Source: Acidobacteriota bacterium (GTDB taxonomy: Bacteria > Acidobacteriota > Thermoanaerobaculia > Thermoanaerobaculales > Sulfomarinibacteraceae). From it: DNA of 64,000 bases. The DNA lies in contig JAADFK010000037.1 of NCBI GenBank assembly GCA_013152925.1, forward strand, positions 12,076 to 76,075, read 5' to 3'. Positions 60,078-64,000 of the stretch are shown piece after piece. Below the pieces are notes generated by a model. That model saw only the letters and a list, made by a program, of their open reading frames with translations, searched no databases and had not been told where the DNA came from. Position 1 is the first letter of the stretch. Every line of letters begins with the position of its first letter. Both the position numbers and the translations under genes were made by a program.

Positions 60078-61667
60078 TCACCGTCGCCTGCGATCGGTCT
60101 TCCAGTGGCTCTGCGAGGGTGTACGCCGGCCGTGGGAGGCAGAAGATTTCCCGGACGCCTGGGATCGCGGGCCGCTGCGGGAACGGGAAACCGTGGTCCT
60201 GGCCGTGGCCCGTGCTGGCTGTGCCCGGCGGCTTCGGGCCGAAGCGCGGACCATCGAGCCGGGCCGTGCGGTCTGGCGGGCGCTGCGCTGGGGCCAGGCT
60301 GATCGGGTGTGAAGGGTGCTTCGTCCATGTTCGTGGCCGGGCTGACGGCTCGACACCCCGGATTGAACGAGCCGGGTGCTTCGGGCTTCGCCACCGCGGG
60401 TCGTGGACCCGGCCGGTGAACGCTCGTCCCGGGCCAGGTACCGTGAGGAGCTCTGATGGGAAGAACGAGAGCGCTGAGCCCGTTCCGTGGTGGCCGTTCG
60501 TGTGGTGCCGTACCCGAACGCTGGCCGCTCGGCCAGGTTGCGGGCGGAGCCGGTGCCGCGCCGCGTGAATCCCGAGGAGCGGGTACGCCGGGTTGTCGTG
60601 ACGGAACCGGAGCTCCCGGGCCCTCTATTGCCACGGGGGGAGCTCCGTGTTCCCCGTACCGAGGGCGAGCGGAGGGTCTGGGACGGCCCGCCCGACCGGT
60701 CCGGCGTCCGCCGTGTCACCTGGCCGCCGCGATCCATGGTGCGGGCGATGGACGGAGCGAGCGACCGTCGTACGGTCTCACGGGAGTGGGACTCGATGGC
60801 CCTTTCGACGCCGGCGGGACGGACCGCCCGGACCGAGCGGCCGCCCATGGTGACCGTCCGCTCACTGACTCGAACGGTGGGAACGGCCCGGCCCACGGCC
60901 CGCTGGACCTCGAGCCGCGAGGGCCCTGACGCGAGTACCCGGACACTCCCGGGACGCAGGCCGCTCAGGCGCGCGCCCGGTGTGGCGACCACGGCGATGT
61001 TGTCGGCCGTCATCCGGTTCCACGGGACAAAGTTGGCGTAGCGCGCATCCCGCCAGCCGTCGGCGTAGCCATGGCCGTAACCCTGTCTGTAGCCATCGAA
61101 GTGGCCGGCGCCGTACCCCCGCGCCCAGGCGCGGCGCGCCTGGCTCCAGCCGTGGGGTGGGGCGGGGTACCAGCCCACGTAGGAACCGTAGCTGACCCAG
61201 GCCACGTTGGCGGGACGGTACACGTACCCGGGACTCCAGACCCAGCCGAAGGAGGTCATGGCCCAGGATCCGTAGTGGTGCGGCACGTAACCCCAGGGCT
61301 CGTAGGCGACCCAGGTCCATCCGTAGCTGGTGTACACCCACCGGCCCCAGGTGTAGGGGCGCCATCCCGGGGCGACCCAGGGCCGCCAGACACGGCCAAG
61401 GCCGTCGACGGTGACCCACTGGCCGTAGCCGTCGAGGGTGGCGGTGAAGCTCATGGAGAAACCGGGCCGGTACCACGCCGGCGAGTAGACGGGGTAGTCG
61501 CTGTACCCCAGGGAGAAGGAGAAGCCACCGCCGCCGACGGCCACGCCGAAGCTGACCCCGGCGCTCGCCGTCGGTGCGGGAGCGAGCAGCAGAACGATGG
61601 CCACGATCATGGCGGCCGGGATGCCCTGTGCGATCATGCTGAGTCTGCCGGTGTTTCCTGTTGTCAT
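60078..61667 (-). CDS. secreted Trp/Tyr/Gly-rich repeat protein with ~250-aa Arg/Ser/Thr-rich C-terminal tail
   Basis: ORF trimmed to ATG 61667 after GGGAGG. Signal peptide ...LLLAPAPTASAG. GWRPYTWGRWVYTSYGWTWVAYEPWGYVPHHYGSWA... (from memory, resembles DUF6600-type W-rich regions). Confidence 0.7.
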   Translation of the reverse strand: MTTGNTGRLSMIAQGIPAAMIVAIVLLLAPAPTASAGVSFGVAVGGGGFSFSLGYSDYPVYSPAWYRPGFSMSFTATLDGYGQWVTVDGLGRVWRPWVAPGWRPYTWGRWVYTSYGWTWVAYEPWGYVPHHYGSWAMTSFGWVWSPGYVYRPANVAWVSYGSYVGWYPAPPHGWSQARRAWARGYGAGHFDGYRQGYGHGYADGWRDARYANFVPWNRMTADNIAVVATPGARLSGLRPGSVRVLASGPSRLEVQRAVGRAVPTVRVSERTVTMGGRSVRAVRPAGVERAIESHSRETVRRSLAPSIARTMDRGGQVTRRTPDRSGGPSQTLRSPSVRGTRSSPRGNRGPGSSGSVTTTRRTRSSGFTRRGTGSARNLAERPAFGYGTTRTATTERAQRSRSSHQSSSRYLARDERSPAGSTTRGGEARSTRLVQSGVSSRQPGHEHGRSTLHTRSAWPQRSARQTARPGSMVRASARSRRAQPARATARTTVSRSRSGPRSQASGKSSASHGRRTPSQSHWKTDRRRR

Positions 61668-61981
61668 GGCGACCTCCCGAGCCGTTGGTTTCAGGCGGCT
61701 CGCCAGAGGATTCTGCAACTCTTGTGCCAGTGTGGACCGATGTGCCGGGTGGCGGGAACCGGTGAGCCGTCTCGGGAAGCTCTCACGGCGAAAACCGCGT
61801 GGTGCGGCCTTCCGGCGGATCCACCGACTGTGGATTGACCGGGAGGCGTTGCCTGGGCCGGCGGGTGGATGGGGGGGCCTGTGGTGGTGCGACGACGTCC
61901 GAAACGTCCCCTTTGGAGGACATGACGGTCCAACGCCCCCGGCCCGGCCGGCGCGTGCTGCCGTTGCGGTACACTGAGCAT

Positions 61982-63658
61982 ATGCGTGGAGGAGTTGCAG
62001 CGATGGTCGTGGCGGGGGTTCTCTCCATGGTGGCGACGGCCGGGGCCGGAGAACGTCTCTTCGTCGGCGGCATCGTTCACGGCCCCCGGGGCGCCGTACC
62101 GGCGGCCGTACTCGTCCGCGCCGGCCGTATCATCGCCACCGGCCCCAGGGAGAAGCTGCATCCGGGCCCAAAGGCACAGGTGATCGACCTCCACGGGGCC
62201 CACGTGCTGGCAGGCCTCTGCGATGCCCACCTCCACCTGACGGGATACGGCCGGGCGCTCGAGGAGGTCGATCTTCGCGGCGCGACGTCCTGGCAGGAGG
62301 TCGTTCGCCGTGCCAGGAGAGCCGCCGCGGGCCTCCCACCCGGCGCCTGGTTGACGGGCCGCGGATGGGATCAGAACCTCTGGCCCGGCAAGGCCTTCCC
62401 CGATCGTCATGATCTGGACGCGGCGTTCCCGGCGCGCCCGGTGCTCCTCCGCCGTATCGACGGGCACGCCGCCATCGCCAACGCCGTGGCGCTTCGTGCG
62501 GCCGGCATCGGGCGTACGACCCCGGACCCCAGGGGCGGACGGATCCTGCGCCGGCCCGACGGTGAGCCCACCGGTGTCCTCGTGGACATGGCCGTGGACC
62601 TGGCCACGGCCGCCGTCCCGAAACCCGGCGATGCCACCGTGGAGCGGTGGATCCTGCGTTCGGCGAAGGCCCTGCTCGCGGATGGTTTCGTCCAGGTGCA
62701 CGATGCCGGGACGACGGCGCAGGAGCTCCGCGTGCTGCGGCGCCTGGCCGCCGCTGGCCGCCTGCCCATCCGTGTGTACGTGCTCCTCGACGGCTCGGAC
62801 GACTCGCTCCTCGGGCGCGAGCTCCGCCGGCCGCCCGGATGGCGTGGGCCCGCCATGCTGCGCGTGGGCGGCGTCAAGCTGTACGCCGACGGCGCCCTGG
62901 GCAGCCGGGGGGCGCTCCTGGGTTCGGAGTACGCGGACGATCCCGGCAACCGCGGCCTGGCCGTCACCCCGACCGGCCGGCTGCGGGAGGTTATCGGCCG
63001 GGCCTCGGCGGCCGGGTACCAGGTGGGGGTGCACGCCATCGGCGACGAGGCGGTGCACCGGGTCTTGGATCTCTACGCAGAGCTCGGGGCGGCGACCTGC
63101 CGGAGGTTGCGGCACCGCATCGAGCACAGCCAGATCGTCCGCCCGGGGGACGTGGCTCGTTACGCCAGGCTGGGGATCGTCGCCTCGATCCAGCCGACCC
63201 ATTGCACCTCGGACATGCCCTGGGCGCCGGCGCGCCTCGGGCCGGAGCGGATCCCCTGGGCGTACCGCTGGCGGTCCTTCCTGGAGGCCGGCGTCGTGCT
63301 GGCGGGCGGCTCCGACGCCCCGGTGGAGGACCCCGATCCGCGCCGGGGCCTGTACGCGGCGGTGACGCGCCAGCGGCCCGACGGCACGCCGCCCGGGGGG
63401 TGGAATCCTCCGGAGCGGCTGACGGCCGCCGAGGCCCTGGACCTCTTCACCACGGGGGCCGCCTGGGCCGGGCACTGCGAATCGTGGTCGGGGAAGGTCG
63501 CCCCCGGCTATGCCGCGGACCTGACGATCGTCGCCGGGGATCCCCTGGCCCTGCCGCCCCGCCGGTTGCTCGATCTTCGTATCCTCAGGACGGTCGTGGG
63601 TGGGATCGACCGATGGGTGGCCGGATCCCACGGGACGCCGGGTGGAGGAGACTCGTGA
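61982..63658 (+). CDS. Amidohydro_3 / YtcJ-like metal-dependent amidohydrolase, secreted
   Basis: ORF 61799..63658 trimmed to ATG 61982 ([22 protein letters not shown]). [24 protein letters not shown] and GSDAPVE metal-ligand motifs. Confidence 0.85.
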   Translation: MRGGVAAMVVAGVLSMVATAGAGERLFVGGIVHGPRGAVPAAVLVRAGRIIATGPREKLHPGPKAQVIDLHGAHVLAGLCDAHLHLTGYGRALEEVDLRGATSWQEVVRRARRAAAGLPPGAWLTGRGWDQNLWPGKAFPDRHDLDAAFPARPVLLRRIDGHAAIANAVALRAAGIGRTTPDPRGGRILRRPDGEPTGVLVDMAVDLATAAVPKPGDATVERWILRSAKALLADGFVQVHDAGTTAQELRVLRRLAAAGRLPIRVYVLLDGSDDSLLGRELRRPPGWRGPAMLRVGGVKLYADGALGSRGALLGSEYADDPGNRGLAVTPTGRLREVIGRASAAGYQVGVHAIGDEAVHRVLDLYAELGAATCRRLRHRIEHSQIVRPGDVARYARLGIVASIQPTHCTSDMPWAPARLGPERIPWAYRWRSFLEAGVVLAGGSDAPVEDPDPRRGLYAAVTRQRPDGTPPGGWNPPERLTAAEALDLFTTGAAWAGHCESWSGKVAPGYAADLTIVAGDPLALPPRRLLDLRILRTVVGGIDRWVAGSHGTPGGGDS

Positions 63659-64000
63659 TGCGCCCCGGATGGCGCCGGCTCGTGGTGGCGATGCTGGCCA
63701 TCGCGGTGGTGGGAGGCAGCACCATGGCCTGTGGACTCTTTGGTGGCAAGGCGGGAAATACGGCGGGCAGCAAGGAGAGCCCGGACTGGAAAGCGCTCCG
63801 GGAACGGATGGTGCGGGACCAGATCGAGGCCCGGGGGGTCCGGGATCCGAAGGTCCTCGAGGCCATGAGAGCCGTTCCCCGGGAGAAGTTCGTGCCCGAG
63901 AACGTTCAGCGGTACGCCTACGAGGACGGCCCGCTCCCCATCGAGGACGGCCAGACCATCTCCCAGCCCTACATCGTCGCACTGATGACCGAGCTGCTTG
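63658..64000 (+). CDS. pcm: protein-L-isoaspartate O-methyltransferase, N-terminal part (runs off right edge)
   Basis: Hand translation from ATG 63658 (overlaps the previous stop, GTGATG): [26 protein letters not shown]...[31 protein letters not shown]...[17 protein letters not shown]. Confidence 0.85.
   Translation, partial: MRPGWRRLVVAMLAIAVVGGSTMACGLFGGKAGNTAGSKESPDWKALRERMVRDQIEARGVRDPKVLEAMRAVPREKFVPENVQRYAYEDGPLPIEDGQTISQPYIVALMTELL

Overview
This is a 64 kb, very high-GC chromosomal window from a Gram-negative-type bacterium. RND/TolC efflux genes, an MltF-like lytic transglycosylase, futalosine-pathway mqnA and a CIRCE-controlled groESL are all present. I guess Acidobacteriota-like, with low confidence. 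I support about 48 protein genes and found no rRNA, tRNA, transposase, integrase or cas genes.

Main blocks:
- A translationally coupled minus-strand operon of hypothetical, RumA-like methyltransferase, comEC, miaA, hfq and a lipoprotein (1-5581).
- A secreted double FGE-sulfatase-domain protein, TPR proteins, trmJ and a rhomboid protease.
- Two GGDEF cyclases and two PilZ receptors.
- A bacterial dynamin-like GTPase.
- cstA followed by a coupled membrane protein, small protein and ArsA/Get3-like ATPase cassette.
- groESL with its promoter, CIRCE operator and terminator.
- An aminotransferase followed by a GshA-like ligase fused to an M20 hydrolase.
- A czcCBA operon with a small Cys/His-rich leader gene and a trailing P-II-like gene.
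- mqnA, a GH13 sugar phosphorylase, a spermidine-synthase-like membrane protein, an amidohydrolase and pcm.

I did not find a clear-cut new multi-gene system. The best second-look items are:
1. A TlpA-like lipoprotein whose CxxC first cysteine is an in-frame TGA followed by a SECIS-like hairpin, making it a probable selenoprotein that ORF callers split in two.
2. An orphan two-repeat type I-E-like mini-CRISPR (29-nt repeats, 32-nt spacer) fused to the 3' end of a membrane-protein ORF.
3. An adjacent MITE/REP-like composite repeat.
4. The ArsA/Get3-like triad.
5. The ligase-M20 fusion operon.
6. Three 18-bp direct repeats upstream of a GYF-TIGR00266 gene.

Family assignments come from reading the translations and recalling motifs, not from searches. 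Start codons were chosen by SD sequences and overlaps and are approximate.
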